From the NCBI GenBank assembly GCA_016871805.1, contig VHCG01000016.1, positions 776-64,775 on the forward strand: a stretch of 64,000 bases of DNA, in the 5' to 3' direction. The notes beneath the pieces are model-generated. The model ran no database searches, was not told the DNA's origin, and saw only the letters and a list, made by a program, of their open reading frames with translations. Made by a program: the position numbers and the translations under genes. Shown piece after piece: positions 41,132 through 52,219 of the stretch. Position 1 is the stretch's first letter. Each line of letters begins with the position of its first letter. Source of the DNA: Verrucomicrobiota bacterium. GTDB lineage: Bacteria > Verrucomicrobiota > Verrucomicrobiia > Limisphaerales > UBA9464.

Positions 41132-43048
41132 TCACCGGTCCCTTGGTTTCGTCAGCTCGAAGGTGTCGAACAACCGACCCTCCACATCGTAGGCCTTGAA
41201 CTGGATGGTCCGATCCTGGACCACCGCAAAGCAGTAGTGGTACCCGCGCTGGACATGCAGGGAAAACCAAGCGCGCTGCGGCGCTGCCTGTTCCAGCGAG
41301 CCACCGCCACCGCCTGACACGACGTACCGTACGCCCCGACTCTGGTTGATCGTCATCTGCAGGATCGGCCACGTACGCTCATAACTGTGGATATGGCCCG
41401 CAAAGGCGATGTCGACTCCATGTCGTTCATAGAGGGGGACGAGGCGTGCCGCGTTGGAATCCCCATCCACCCACCGCTTCTCCGGCTTGCCGCGGAGTCG
41501 ATCCCCATAGTCATCCTCGTCCGAACTGAAACACGGATGGTGATGCGCCGTAAACTTCCACGTCGCCGTCGATGCCGCCAGTTCGCGCTCGAGCCACTGA
41601 TACTGGGGACTGCCCGGGCCGCAATCCTTGTTGGAGTCGATCATGAAGAACTGGGCATTGCCGATCTTCCATGTGTACCAATACTCCGGCTCAGGCAGAT
41701 CGAAATAGTCGTAGTACCAATGCGCGTTCTTCTCGTGATTGCCGATCACCGGAAAGACCGGCACCTGGGAGAAGAGTCGGTTCGCCGGTACGAGGAGATC
41801 ATTCACCCACTGGGACTTGGCAAACCCGTCGTCGACCACGTCTCCACAATGAATCACGGCATTCGGCCGCAGGGCGAAGAGTCCCTCCGCGCAGCGCCGG
41901 GTGATCTCGGGATTCCGTTGGGTGTCCCCCACCACACCGAAGGCCCACGCAGCGGAAGGTCCCGGCAGGGTCTGGAAGGACAGGATGTCGCTCCGGGCGA
42001 CATGGTTCGAGGCATCTGTGGCGGTCAACCGGTAGAAATAGGTGGTGGCCGGCTTGAGACCCTCCAGACGAACCGAATTGAGGGTCGACACCGAGGCGCT
42101 GACAGCGTGATTGCGGAGAGGTTGCCGTTCCCCGTACTCGACCTTGAGGGACACCGGCCGTTCGGTTTCGGCCATCACCGTGATCCCATCCGCGGTCGCC
42201 CGCTGCAGATAGGGAGGCACTAGAAACGCCAGATCCCGGTTCACCCCGGATCGCCAGGCCAACATCGGAGCGTTTCTGCGCACGACGGATTCGATCTCGG
42301 CCGGGGTCAGGACCCGGTCATAGACCTTGGCCTCGTAGAAGGCTCCCTCCATCGGAAACAACTCGTTGGAATCGATGAACGCGCCGAGGGCAAATCGGCC
42401 CTCCGCCGGGTACAGGATGTCCCCGCTCTGCACCACCGATTCGGCTTCGGGACGACCATCGATATAGAGGCGCATCGTCTCACCGTCATAGGTCGCGGCC
42501 ACATGATGCCATCGCCCCAACTCGATGGGGGTTTTCCCGGAGATCCGGGTGCTTCGACCATTCCCATCATCGGCACCCGTGGAGCTCAGACCAAATTGGA
42601 ACGATCTGCGATTGTACCCCAGCACCCATCCCTTCTCGAGTGCCCCGTCGTCCTGAATGAATCCGATGAGGCCACCCTTTGGCCGCGTGTCCTCCAAGAG
42701 GACCCAGGCGGCTGCCGACAGGTCACGCTTCGGAAGCAGCGGCTTCGCAAGGGAGGCATTTGTCGCAATCAGCAGGTAGTCCGTGAATCCATCGAGGACC
42801 AGAGCCTCGGCCGGCCCGCGATTGGTCAACACCGGCTCGCCAACAACCCAGGCAGTGGCCTGACCGGTAAGGTCGGGCCAGCGACCAGATTCAATCGGCT
42901 TTGTGCCTGTCGCGAAATGGAGCCGCAATTGGGATTCAGCAACGCTTTGGTGGCCTTCCACGGTCCTAGGGATGAAGGCCAGCAGGACGACGAGCAGGAT
43001 GGGAGCCATGTGACGGTGTCTGGATCGGTCGACCACCGGGGAGATCAT
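41132..43048 (-). CDS. secreted LamG + FN3 + purple-acid-phosphatase-type metallophosphoesterase
   Basis: Signal-like segment; LamG ([23 protein letters not shown]); PYLQ and LKPATTYFY; GD, GD, GNHE, HHP, GHIH. ATG 43048 overlaps the upstream stop; the ORF-track extension to 43714 is a shadow. Confidence 0.9.
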   Translation of the reverse strand: MISPVVDRSRHRHMAPILLVVLLAFIPRTVEGHQSVAESQLRLHFATGTKPIESGRWPDLTGQATAWVVGEPVLTNRGPAEALVLDGFTDYLLIATNASLAKPLLPKRDLSAAAWVLLEDTRPKGGLIGFIQDDGALEKGWVLGYNRRSFQFGLSSTGADDGNGRSTRISGKTPIELGRWHHVAATYDGETMRLYIDGRPEAESVVQSGDILYPAEGRFALGAFIDSNELFPMEGAFYEAKVYDRVLTPAEIESVVRRNAPMLAWRSGVNRDLAFLVPPYLQRATADGITVMAETERPVSLKVEYGERQPLRNHAVSASVSTLNSVRLEGLKPATTYFYRLTATDASNHVARSDILSFQTLPGPSAAWAFGVVGDTQRNPEITRRCAEGLFALRPNAVIHCGDVVDDGFAKSQWVNDLLVPANRLFSQVPVFPVIGNHEKNAHWYYDYFDLPEPEYWYTWKIGNAQFFMIDSNKDCGPGSPQYQWLERELAASTATWKFTAHHHPCFSSDEDDYGDRLRGKPEKRWVDGDSNAARLVPLYERHGVDIAFAGHIHSYERTWPILQMTINQSRGVRYVVSGGGGGSLEQAAPQRAWFSLHVQRGYHYCFAVVQDRTIQFKAYDVEGRLFDTFELTKPRDR

Positions 43049-43878
43049 TGGGGGCGGGTCGCAGGGGGCACATAGTCCCGATGCCAGAGCTGATCCCAGA
43101 GCTGGTCCAGCTTCACCGTGGAGGCATGTCCATCCATATAGACGAGGTTCACCGCACCAGTGAGGCGCTCGCCGAGAGCCACCTTGCGGGGTGCACTCTT
43201 GGCACTGCTCGAGCCATGACGCGCGATGCAATAGCGACCGATCCCACCTGAGACCCCATCCCCCTCGTAGAGATTGCGGGCAGGCCGATCCTTTGCCTGA
43301 GGCCAGGCATCGACCCACATCGCGTCTCCAAACCCCGGAGTCTGGACGGGGGAGGTGATGCTGGATTCCCCGCGGAACGCGAACTGCGTGGGCAACCCAT
43401 CCGCCCCGCTGTAGAGCCATCCATTGAACGAGTAGCTGCCCTGGTATCCGTTGTTGGAGGATGCCGAGTTTGTCCTCCAGATCCAGGTCTCGTCCGACGT
43501 CCCGTAGTCGGGGTTCGCCGAGTTGCGGACGATCCGTTTGCGAGGCTCTGGTGCCGAAGGGCAATACCGGATCTTGTGCACACGGGCCTGGTTCTCCATC
43601 AACAGGGACATCCAGAGATGGGGATCCCCGGGACGCGAATAGGGAAGCATCTTGCCCGTGTCGTTCACGTAGTTGAATAGGGCGATTCCCATCTGGCGCA
43701 GATTGCCGGTGCACTGCACCTGCTGGGCCTTGGTCTTGGCCCGCGCGAGGGCGGGAAGGAGCATTCCGGCCAAGATCGCGATGATGGCAATCACGACCAG
43801 AAGCTCGATCAGGGTGAAGGCTCCGACTCGAGGACGATGGTTCATGGGACTGCTACGAGTGCCGGACCACGAAACCAT
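43045..43878 (-). CDS. prepilin-type N-terminal cleavage/methylation protein (DUF1559 / H-X9-DG-like)
   Basis: [34 protein letters not shown]; CPSA; C-terminal RH...NLVYMDGH. Confidence 0.92.
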   Translation of the reverse strand: MVSWSGTRSSPMNHRPRVGAFTLIELLVVIAIIAILAGMLLPALARAKTKAQQVQCTGNLRQMGIALFNYVNDTGKMLPYSRPGDPHLWMSLLMENQARVHKIRYCPSAPEPRKRIVRNSANPDYGTSDETWIWRTNSASSNNGYQGSYSFNGWLYSGADGLPTQFAFRGESSITSPVQTPGFGDAMWVDAWPQAKDRPARNLYEGDGVSGGIGRYCIARHGSSSAKSAPRKVALGERLTGAVNLVYMDGHASTVKLDQLWDQLWHRDYVPPATRPQ

Positions 43879-45140
43879 CACCGGGCCGAGGTGCCATTCA
43901 CAATGAAATCGAAGAGGTCAAAGTTACGAATATCCGCGCGGGCACGGGCTTCGTAGGCTGGCTTAAGGGGTTCGCTGAGAAACAGAGGAACCATCTCCTC
44001 GTAGCGGCCTCCATGGGACCGCAGCCCTCCTTCGATCGCTTTCAGGTCATGATATTCTGGCGTCCGCCCGAGAACGGAATCTCGCCCGGAACATACCACC
44101 AGGTCCCCCATGCGATCTGCAGGCAGCTCCATCCGTGCAGCTGCAATCAGACGCTCCAGAACCTCGGTCACCCCGGGGAGACTCGAAAGGAAGGAGATCA
44201 CCTCTGCGACGAACGGGACATCTGTGCGCGGCAGATGCACCTGGGCAAACGATCCGAGGGCGCCATGGTGGACCACATAGGGATCGGTGATCGGCAGAAT
44301 GACCCGAAACCCCGTCCCGAATCGTCCAACGAGCTCGCTTTCGAGATACACGACGTTGGGGGACCCGTCCGACCGCTGTTTGGCATTCATGCCGTGATCC
44401 GCCGTGATCCCCACGACCGCACCCATCTCGAGGAGTCGACCCAGGTATCCGTCGATGCCCGCGTAGAAGTCGAGGGCCTCGGGTGCCTCAGGCGCGAACT
44501 TGTGCTGCATGAAGTCCGTGGTGCTCAGGTAGAGGAAATCCGCACGACCCGCCTCCAGCAGCCGGACGCCCGCCCGGAGCACATAGAGCGACGCCTCTCC
44601 CGAATAGATCAGCGGGGTGGGACCCACGAGGGTCTCAACATCGTCGATGCCGTGGGACTCCAACCGTGCCTGGGATGCCTTCTCGGAAGAGAAGGCGATG
44701 CCGGGGTTGCGGGGGCCTACGAGTCCGTGGGCGAAGATGTCGCGCAGCTTTTCCTTGGCCGTGACCACCGCCACCCTCCGACCCGATTGCTGGGCCTTGG
44801 GGAAAAGCGTTTCTGCCCTGAGAAAACGCGAGGAGTTCATCATCACTTCCTGACCTGCGGCCGTGTCGTAGAAGAAGTTGCCTCCTATTCCATGAACCGA
44901 TGGAGGAACCCCGGTGACGATGGAGGAGTTGTTGACGTTGGTGAAGCTGGGCATCGCCCCCCGGGCCATGCCGCGCCATCCCTGAAGGCTGATCCGTTGG
45001 AGATGGGGCATCCGGCCTCGAACCAAGGCCGCATCAAAGTAGTCATCCGCCGATCCATCGAGACAGATTCCCACCACCGGTCGAGCCGGTGGAGAGTACT
45101 GCCGCCCATTCACCGAGAAGGTTGCCGATGTCATGTTCAT
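43878..45140 (-). CDS. phnA: phosphonoacetate hydrolase
   Basis: [62 protein letters not shown]. Confidence 0.9.
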   Translation of the reverse strand: MNMTSATFSVNGRQYSPPARPVVGICLDGSADDYFDAALVRGRMPHLQRISLQGWRGMARGAMPSFTNVNNSSIVTGVPPSVHGIGGNFFYDTAAGQEVMMNSSRFLRAETLFPKAQQSGRRVAVVTAKEKLRDIFAHGLVGPRNPGIAFSSEKASQARLESHGIDDVETLVGPTPLIYSGEASLYVLRAGVRLLEAGRADFLYLSTTDFMQHKFAPEAPEALDFYAGIDGYLGRLLEMGAVVGITADHGMNAKQRSDGSPNVVYLESELVGRFGTGFRVILPITDPYVVHHGALGSFAQVHLPRTDVPFVAEVISFLSSLPGVTEVLERLIAAARMELPADRMGDLVVCSGRDSVLGRTPEYHDLKAIEGGLRSHGGRYEEMVPLFLSEPLKPAYEARARADIRNFDLFDFIVNGTSAR

Positions 45141-45281
45141 CGGGGAGATCCTGTCGTTTCCGTTCTCGGACACCAATCCCCAACTGATCTGGCCGGCGGG
45201 TCTGAGGCGCCTGACTCGAAAGTTTTCGGGGAAAGTTCCCCTTGCCGCACCCTGTTGCGGGCCCTGTCATCCAAGCCCGTC

Positions 45282-45902
45282 ATGAAACGTCTCCAGACCT
45301 GGTTTCCAACACTGCTCTACACGGCCCGTTTGCAAAAAACCGGTGGCACCGCCCTCAACCGTGAGCTCGTGAGGGAATGCCATCAGCTCAGGGACTTCGA
45401 TGACGTCGGCCGCCGTTGGTCCCAGAAGAACTATCCCGGCGGCTACACGAGCTACGGCTCGCTCGACAAACTCCATCGCTTCTCCTCGACCTTCAGCGAT
45501 CTGGAGCGAGGTCTCGATCGCCACGTGCGCTCGTTCGGCCGATCCTTGGACTGGGACCTTGGCGGACGCCGGCTCGTGATGACCGACTGCTGGGTCAACA
45601 TCATGCCATTCCACACCGCGCATAGCCTCCACCTGCATCCGAACTCGGTGGTGAGCGGAACCTACTACGTGTCGACCCCTCGCGGGTGTGCCGGACTGAA
45701 GTTCGAGGATCCCCGGCTCAGTCGCCTCATGGCCGCGCCTCCCCGCAGAGCAGGTGCGCGACCCGCCAACCAACTCTATGTGACCTACCCCGCAAAGGCC
45801 GGTGATCTGATCCTGTTTGAGAGCTGGTTGCGCCACGAGGTTGTGGCGAATCCCATCCGAAGCGAACGCATCAGCATCAGCTTCAACTACGACTGGGCTT
45901 GA
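45282..45902 (+). CDS. TIGR02466-like 2OG-Fe(II) oxygenase
   Basis: YPGGYTSYGSL, WVNIM, HSLHLHPNSVVSGTYYV, FEDPR, FESWLRHEV, RISISFN. Start ATG 45282. Confidence 0.88.
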   Translation: MKRLQTWFPTLLYTARLQKTGGTALNRELVRECHQLRDFDDVGRRWSQKNYPGGYTSYGSLDKLHRFSSTFSDLERGLDRHVRSFGRSLDWDLGGRRLVMTDCWVNIMPFHTAHSLHLHPNSVVSGTYYVSTPRGCAGLKFEDPRLSRLMAAPPRRAGARPANQLYVTYPAKAGDLILFESWLRHEVVANPIRSERISISFNYDWA

Positions 45903-45941
45903 CCGCGGGCGACCCTTTGCGGGTCTTATAGGGAAAACGTC

Positions 45942-47414
45942 TTGAAACCCGACCCGATCGGCCTCCTGCACGCCACCAGCGAGCTCCATCCGTTCTCCAA
46001 AACGGGCGGCCTCGGGGACATGGTCGGCGCCCTCACCCAGGCCCTCGCTCGCGCCGGCCATCCGGTCCAGGTCGTCACCCCTCTGTATCGGGGCATCCAT
46101 CAAAGGTTTCCCGCGATCCAATCCACGGAGTGGCGGTTCGAGGTCCGGATCGGCCCGGAACTCGTTCCGGGCCGTTTCCACCGGCTGGACCCAGAACCCA
46201 ACCTCACTCTGTGGTTCGTCGACCAGCCCGGGTTCTTTGACCGCCCAGGGCTCTACAACGAGCGTCTTCACGACTACCCCGACAACGCCGCCCGCTTCTC
46301 GTTCTTCTCTCAAGCGGCCACTCTTCTGGCCCGTCACCTGCCGAACCCACCTGGCATTGTCCACGCCCATGACTGGCAGTCGGCCCTAGTGCCGATAAGG
46401 ATCCAGTACGAGCGGGTTGCTACCGGTTGGACCTCGGCCCCCAAGACTCTCCTGACGCTCCACAACCTCGCGTACCAAGGGTCCTTCCCGCTCCGCGACT
46501 GGCCCTTGACGGGGTTGCCCGCCAAATGGCTTCACCTGGAGAGCGCCCTGCACCACGGCCAGGTGAATTTTCTCAAGGGTGGCATTGCATTGGCCGACGC
46601 CCTCTCAACGGTCAGCCCCACCTATGCCCGGGAAATCTGCACGCCGGAGTTTGGATGCGGCCTGGATGGCCTGCTCCGACGACGGGAATACGAACTCACC
46701 GGCATTCTAAATGGCGTGGACTACGGGGAATGGAACACCACCCGGAACCCATCCCTCGTCGCCTCCTACGATGCAAACCATCTCGAAGGAAAGCGGACCA
46801 ACAAGGCTGCGCTGCAGGAGGAACTCGGCCTGCCAGTCGAAGGTTCGATTCCCCTTTTTGCGGATGTCACACGACTCGCAGACCAAAAGGGTGTCGCCCT
46901 TCTCCATGACGCTGTCCTCGACCTTCTTGGCAGCGGGGAACGTTTCCAGCTGGCCCTCCTAGGCTCTGGAGATCCACGACTGGAGGCAGCGATCGATCGC
47001 TTGGCGCGAACCTTTCCCAACGCTGTGGCGGCGCGCATTGGATTTGACCCAGCACTCGCCCACCGAATCGAGGCCGGAGCCGACTTCTTTGTGATGCCTT
47101 CCCGATTCGAGCCCTGCGGCTTGAACCAGCTCTACTCGCTCCGCTATGGAACCATCCCGATCGTGAGGGCCACCGGCGGACTTGCCGACTCGATCATCGA
47201 CCCTCGGGAAAACCCAGAGGGGGCCACAGGGATCAAGTTCCACGAGCCAACACCTCAGGCACTGGCAAATGCGATGCGCAAAGGGGTCAGTCTATTCCAG
47301 CACCCGGAGGTCTTGGCGGCCTTCCGCCGGCGGGGAATGAGGATCGATGTCTCCTGGACCCGCCAAGCAACGGAATATCTCGATCTCTACGATGAGATCT
47401 ACCACGGGGTCTGA
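45942..47414 (+). CDS. glgA: glycogen synthase
   Basis: KTGGLGD, HAHDWQ, HNLAYQG, TVSPTYA, GILNGVD, QKG, MPSRFEPCGLNQ, TGGLAD. Confidence 0.96.
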   Translation: MKPDPIGLLHATSELHPFSKTGGLGDMVGALTQALARAGHPVQVVTPLYRGIHQRFPAIQSTEWRFEVRIGPELVPGRFHRLDPEPNLTLWFVDQPGFFDRPGLYNERLHDYPDNAARFSFFSQAATLLARHLPNPPGIVHAHDWQSALVPIRIQYERVATGWTSAPKTLLTLHNLAYQGSFPLRDWPLTGLPAKWLHLESALHHGQVNFLKGGIALADALSTVSPTYAREICTPEFGCGLDGLLRRREYELTGILNGVDYGEWNTTRNPSLVASYDANHLEGKRTNKAALQEELGLPVEGSIPLFADVTRLADQKGVALLHDAVLDLLGSGERFQLALLGSGDPRLEAAIDRLARTFPNAVAARIGFDPALAHRIEAGADFFVMPSRFEPCGLNQLYSLRYGTIPIVRATGGLADSIIDPRENPEGATGIKFHEPTPQALANAMRKGVSLFQHPEVLAAFRRRGMRIDVSWTRQATEYLDLYDEIYHGV

Positions 47415-47426
47415 CAGCACCCTGAC

Positions 47427-48710
47427 GTGGTGTGCCGGGTCTACGATCCACCCAAAACCAAGGCCAAGGTCATGTCAGCTTTCGCATTTGGCTCGTTCAA
47501 AAGAGTCTCATGGATTTGGATCCACATCATGCTCCTCTGGACCCAACTTGAAACGGGGCACTCCAGCGACTGGCCCCAGTTCCTCGGCCCCCAACGAAAC
47601 GGGTCCACCCCGGAACGGATCACGTCGTGGCCCTCCACCGGTCCCAAGCACCTCTGGAAACAACCGATCGGAGCCGGGTTCAGCGGCCCGGTCATCCGAG
47701 GCGAACACGTCCTCACCTTCGATCGCGACGGCGACCAGGAACGGGTCCGGAGCCTGGACCCGGCCACCGGAAATACCCGATGGACCCACCAGGCACCGAC
47801 CGCCTACGTGGACGGGTTTGGATTCGATGACGGCCCTCGGGGGACCCCGGCTACGACGACCAACCGGGTAATCACCTTTGGAGCTCAGGGCCGTCTGACC
47901 TGCCTGGACCTGGCTGACGGGAGGAAGATCTGGGCGATCGAGGCGGGACGCGACTTGGGTGCCGACAAGGGATTCTTCGGACCGGCCTGCTCTCCACTCA
48001 TTGTTGGACAACGCATCTTCATGAACCTGGGCAACCGGAACGGGGGCGGCATCGCCGCCTTCGATCTCACCAGCGGGACGCTGCTGTGGAAGGCAACCGA
48101 TCACGAGGCGGGCTATGCCTCGCCAGTCCCAGGTCCAGGCTCCGGTGACATCAGCTTTTTCACCCGTGAAGGCCTCGTCATCACCCGGATGGACGGCAAG
48201 GTCGGACCCGTCCACCGGTGGCGTTCGCGCCAGCACGCCTCGGTGAACGCCGCAAGCCCCCTTCTCAGTGGCACCGAGATCCTTCTCACGACCAGCTATG
48301 ACACCGGAGCCATTCTGTTGCGTCGAACCGAGGAGAAGATCGAGGTGGTCTGGTCGGGTGACGAGTCCCTCTCGGCACACTACGCCACCCCCGTCCTGAG
48401 CGGTGGGTTCCTGTATGGGTTCCACGGGCGACAGGAGCGAGGTCCGGAGTTCCGGTGTGTCGAATGGGCCACCGGCAAGATGAGGTGGTCGGAAACAGGG
48501 TTGGGAGCCGGCACCGTCCTGCTTGCCGGAACCGATCTGGTGCTTCTGCTGGAATCCGGCGAACTCGTCGTGGCCGCGGCCAGTCCTGATCGGTTCCAGA
48601 TCCGGTCCAGGGTCCAGATTCTAGGCAAGGGAACCCGGGCCCCCTTTGCCCTCGGTGGAGGCCATCTTGTGGCCCGGGATCCTCGAATCCTCGTCTGCCT
48701 CGGAAACTGA
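47427..48710 (+). CDS. PQQ-like beta-propeller repeat protein (BamB-like, PVC-expanded family)
   Basis: DWPQFLGPQRNG, GPRGTP, repeated CLD...G..W, YASP, YATPV. Start probably downstream of 47427. Confidence 0.88.
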   Translation: MVCRVYDPPKTKAKVMSAFAFGSFKRVSWIWIHIMLLWTQLETGHSSDWPQFLGPQRNGSTPERITSWPSTGPKHLWKQPIGAGFSGPVIRGEHVLTFDRDGDQERVRSLDPATGNTRWTHQAPTAYVDGFGFDDGPRGTPATTTNRVITFGAQGRLTCLDLADGRKIWAIEAGRDLGADKGFFGPACSPLIVGQRIFMNLGNRNGGGIAAFDLTSGTLLWKATDHEAGYASPVPGPGSGDISFFTREGLVITRMDGKVGPVHRWRSRQHASVNAASPLLSGTEILLTTSYDTGAILLRRTEEKIEVVWSGDESLSAHYATPVLSGGFLYGFHGRQERGPEFRCVEWATGKMRWSETGLGAGTVLLAGTDLVLLLESGELVVAAASPDRFQIRSRVQILGKGTRAPFALGGGHLVARDPRILVCLGN

Positions 48711-48732
48711 TCGGTCCCAAGTCGCCCTGGGT

Positions 48733-49065
48733 TCAGTCGATACCCAGCAGCTCGACCTCGAAGACAAGCGTGGCATTCGGCGGGATCGCTCCCGGATAGC
48801 CGGAACGTCCATAGGCCAGCTCGGGCGGAATAGTCATCCGCACCTTGTCACCGACCTTCATCGAGGCGACTCCGATGTCCCATCCGGAAATCACCTCCCC
48901 GCGGCCGAGGGTGAAGGAGAAGGGCTCATTGCGGTCGACTGAGCTGTCGAACACGCGCCCATCGGTGAAGCGGCCCGTGTAATGGACGGTCACCCGGTTG
49001 CCCTTCCGGGGCGCAGCTCCGGTGCCGGTGTTCAAGGCCTCAATCTTCAGGTTGTTTTCAGACAT
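48733..49065 (-). CDS. FKBP-type peptidyl-prolyl isomerase
   Basis: VHYTG...[36 protein letters not shown]. Start ATG 49065. Confidence 0.96.
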   Translation of the reverse strand: MSENNLKIEALNTGTGAAPRKGNRVTVHYTGRFTDGRVFDSSVDRNEPFSFTLGRGEVISGWDIGVASMKVGDKVRMTIPPELAYGRSGYPGAIPPNATLVFEVELLGID

Positions 49066-49183
49066 CGACCAAGGTTCCCCGTGACACCCTATCAGGGTCA
49101 ACTCCCGACCCAGTCTCGACCCAGTCGGCGCGACGGTCTTCTTTCGAGTTCCTTCCCTCTCCAGCAGACGCCATCTTCCTTGG

Positions 49184-50215
49184 ATGATCCAGGTCGGCAT
49201 CATAGGCACCGGCTTCATGGCCGCCCAGCACCTCAAGGCCTATCGGCAGGTCCCCGGCGTCCGCATCGCCGCGTTGTGCAACCCTAGCGGACGAAATCTC
49301 GATGGCGACTTCTCCAAGGTCGCTGGAAACGTGGGTGACGCTGATCCTCTCCGGCTCGATATGTCGGAGGTGAAGGCGTTCCGGGATCCTGCGGCCCTGC
49401 TCGCAGACCCGGACATCACACTGGTCGACATCTGCACACCGACGCGGACCCATCTCGACCTGGCCATCGCCGCGCTCGCCGCGGGAAAACACGTGCTGGT
49501 GGAAAAACCGCTCGCCAGAACATACGCCGAGGCATTGCGGATCGCTGAGGTAGCGGAGATCGCCGCCGCGCGCGGCGCGTTCCTGATGCCCGCACTGTGC
49601 ATCCGGTTCTGGCCGGAGTACGTCTGGGTCCGTGAACGGATCCGCAGTCGCGAATACGGCAAGGTCCTCGACGCCCGATTCCGGCGGGTCGCCTCCGCTC
49701 CGGCTTGGGGCCATGCCCATTTCCTCAAGGGAGGAGACTCTGGCGGGGCCCTGCTGGACCTCCACATCCACGACCTCGACTTCATCCAACACTGCTTCGG
49801 AAGGCCCAGCGGACTCGTCGCATCAGGTTATTCGAAGGTGAGCGGAGCCATCGACCATGTGGTGGCTCTGCTCCAGTATTCGAACGGCCCTGTGGTCAGC
49901 GCGGAGGGAAGCTGGGGCATGGCCGAGGGCTTTCCCTTCACCATGGCCTTCACTGTGAACTTCGAGCGGGCGACCGTGGACTTTGATCTCGCACGCAGGG
50001 ATCAACGCCTCCGGGTGAGCCGGGATGGAAAAACGGAAACCGTAACGCTGGACGGGCCCGATGGATATGTCGGGGAGATCCGTCACCTCGTCGAGGCCAT
50101 CCAGTCCGGGCGCCCACCCACCGTGGTCACGCCCCACGACGCCGCGTCGGTCCTTGAGCTCTGCGAGGCGGAGGAACGATCCATCCGCGAGGGCCAGGTT
50201 GTGGGCATCGACTGA
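49184..50215 (+). CDS. Gfo/Idh/MocA family oxidoreductase
   Basis: [38 protein letters not shown]. Confidence 0.93.
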   Translation: MIQVGIIGTGFMAAQHLKAYRQVPGVRIAALCNPSGRNLDGDFSKVAGNVGDADPLRLDMSEVKAFRDPAALLADPDITLVDICTPTRTHLDLAIAALAAGKHVLVEKPLARTYAEALRIAEVAEIAAARGAFLMPALCIRFWPEYVWVRERIRSREYGKVLDARFRRVASAPAWGHAHFLKGGDSGGALLDLHIHDLDFIQHCFGRPSGLVASGYSKVSGAIDHVVALLQYSNGPVVSAEGSWGMAEGFPFTMAFTVNFERATVDFDLARRDQRLRVSRDGKTETVTLDGPDGYVGEIRHLVEAIQSGRPPTVVTPHDAASVLELCEAEERSIREGQVVGID

Positions 50216-50241
50216 CTGCCACACGTAGACTCTCTCCTTTC

Positions 50242-51075
50242 ATGCAATCCACATCCCGATTCACCGGGCTCGTGGAATTCCGCCAGGGATTCCAGAAACG
50301 CACCGGTCTTACCCACATCCTCTTCGACTTCGATGGCACCCTGTCGCTGATCCGCCAGGGCTGGCCTGATATCATGGTTCCGCTCTTCACGGAAATACTC
50401 CCCCCTCTCCCCGACGAAACCGACGAGCAACGCCGTCAGCTGGCGTTCGAGGACATCATGCGACTCAACGGCAAGCAGACCATCTACCAGATGATCCAGC
50501 TCGCCGAACGCGTCCGGGAACGGGGCGGCACGCCCGGTGAGCCCCTCGACTACAAACACGAGTATCTGAGACGCCTCGACGAGCGAATCCGGCACCGGGT
50601 CGAGGGCATACAGGCCGGAACCATTCCGCGTGGCGAGTTCACCGTGTTCGGCACACGCGCGCTGCTCGAGGCCCTGTCCACAAGGGGGCTCAGCCTCTAC
50701 CTGGCCAGCGGAACCGATGAGCAGTTCGTCAAGGCCGAGGCTGAGGCTCTGGGTCTCACACACTACTTCAAGGGCCATATCTATGGAGCCCAGGACGACT
50801 ACAAGAAGTTCAGCAAGAAGATGATCATCGACCGCATTCTTGCCGAGAACCGGATTCCAGGGGATTCCCTGCTGGCCTTCGGAGACGGCTACGTGGAGAT
50901 CGAGAACACCAAGCAGGTTGGAGGCTTCGCCGTCGCAGTCGCCAGCGACGAGGCGAACAACGGTTCCGGCCGCTTTGACCCTTGGAAGCACCAGCGGCTC
51001 ATGGGTGTCGGGGCCGACCTCTGCATACCGGACTACCGCGAACTCGATGCCCTGATGGAGACATTGTTCCCCTGA
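50242..51075 (+). CDS. HAD family hydrolase/phosphatase
   Basis: FDFDGTL, LASGT, K, FGDG.VE motifs I-IV. Confidence 0.92.
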   Translation: MQSTSRFTGLVEFRQGFQKRTGLTHILFDFDGTLSLIRQGWPDIMVPLFTEILPPLPDETDEQRRQLAFEDIMRLNGKQTIYQMIQLAERVRERGGTPGEPLDYKHEYLRRLDERIRHRVEGIQAGTIPRGEFTVFGTRALLEALSTRGLSLYLASGTDEQFVKAEAEALGLTHYFKGHIYGAQDDYKKFSKKMIIDRILAENRIPGDSLLAFGDGYVEIENTKQVGGFAVAVASDEANNGSGRFDPWKHQRLMGVGADLCIPDYRELDALMETLFP

Positions 51076-51100
51076 GGACCAGAAACACCCCAAGACCGCC

Positions 51101-52207
51101 ATGCGTTTCCCGCCTCTCGACCTCACCCGCCTACGAGTCCAACCCCTGGCGGAGCGCAAAAGCCTGTCGACCGTCGACTCGATCCTGGTAGCACCCGACG
51201 CCCCGTTGCGGCCGATCGACCCTGGCCTGAGGCCGGTGGTGGAGGAAGCGGCTGACCGGATCCAGCGCGCGAGAGATCGGGGAGGCTCGGTGATCCTGAT
51301 GTACGGCGCGCATCTCCCTCGAAACGGCGCAACCCCGCTGATCGCGGGACTCATGGAGGATGGGTGGATCACCCATTTGGCCACCAACGGTGCAGGAACC
51401 ATCCACGACTGGGAATTCGCCTGGCTCGGGCGCTCGACCGAGAGCGTGGAGGAAAATGTCGCGACGGGCACTTTCGGATTGTGGGACGAGACGGGCCGAA
51501 ACATTCACCTCGCTCTGCTTGCAGGGGCCCTCGATCGGCTTGGGTACGGCCGGTCGCTCGGACGCTACATCGCCGAGGACGGTTGCGATTTCCCAGCACG
51601 GGAGACCCTGGTCCAGCTGATCCGTGAGTTCCCATCGGATCCTCTCGCCGGTGCCGCGGCCGACCTCCTCTCGGTCCTGGACCGATTCGACATCGCCTCC
51701 GGCCGTCACCCGATCACCCATCCCTGGAAACATGCCAGCATCCTTGCCGAGGCCTGGCGCAGGGGGGTACCCGTCACGGTCCACCCGGGCATCGGCTACG
51801 ATATTATCTCCTGTCATCCCATGTTCCACGGAGCGGCAATCGGACGCGCCGCCGCGGAGGATTTTCGGTCTTTCGCTGGCGCAGTGGAGGGACTCGACGA
51901 CGGTGTCGTGCTGTCGGTCGGCTCCGCCATCATGGCCCCGCAGGTCTTCGAGAAGAGCCTGAGCTGCGTCCACAACCTTCGTTTCCAGGACGGTCGCCGC
52001 GCGGTGTCTGGCCATTCGATCTATGTGGTCGACCTTCAGGACGGTGGCGGCTGGGACTGGACCCAGGGCGAGCCGCCGAAGACCAACCCAGCCTACTACC
52101 TCCGGTTCTGCAAGAGCTTCTCGCGGATGGGTGGAACGATGCGGTATCTGCAGTGCGACAACCTCGCCTTCGTACAGCACCTTCACCGTCGACTCGTGCC
52201 TGCCTGA
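51101..52207 (+). CDS. uncharacterised deoxyhypusine-synthase-like protein
   Basis: MYGAHL, HLATNGA..IHD.E, SILAEAW..GVPVTVHPGIG.D, SVGSA parallel the DHS NAD-binding fold. Confidence 0.7.
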   Translation: MRFPPLDLTRLRVQPLAERKSLSTVDSILVAPDAPLRPIDPGLRPVVEEAADRIQRARDRGGSVILMYGAHLPRNGATPLIAGLMEDGWITHLATNGAGTIHDWEFAWLGRSTESVEENVATGTFGLWDETGRNIHLALLAGALDRLGYGRSLGRYIAEDGCDFPARETLVQLIREFPSDPLAGAAADLLSVLDRFDIASGRHPITHPWKHASILAEAWRRGVPVTVHPGIGYDIISCHPMFHGAAIGRAAAEDFRSFAGAVEGLDDGVVLSVGSAIMAPQVFEKSLSCVHNLRFQDGRRAVSGHSIYVVDLQDGGGWDWTQGEPPKTNPAYYLRFCKSFSRMGGTMRYLQCDNLAFVQHLHRRLVPA

Positions 52208-52219
52208 ACCCCACCACCC

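Noticed and set aside
43049-43714. N-terminal extension of the 860-aa ORF (also extensions of 44013-45902, 54820-56826, 12458-13624, 11470-12738)
   Set aside because: These overlap real neighbouring genes; domain homology begins only at the downstream starts given in features.
45264-45283. CTGTCAT...CCGTCAT as a Pho box near phnA
   Set aside because: The repeat period is 13 bp rather than 11, and the second half overlaps the oxygenase start codon.
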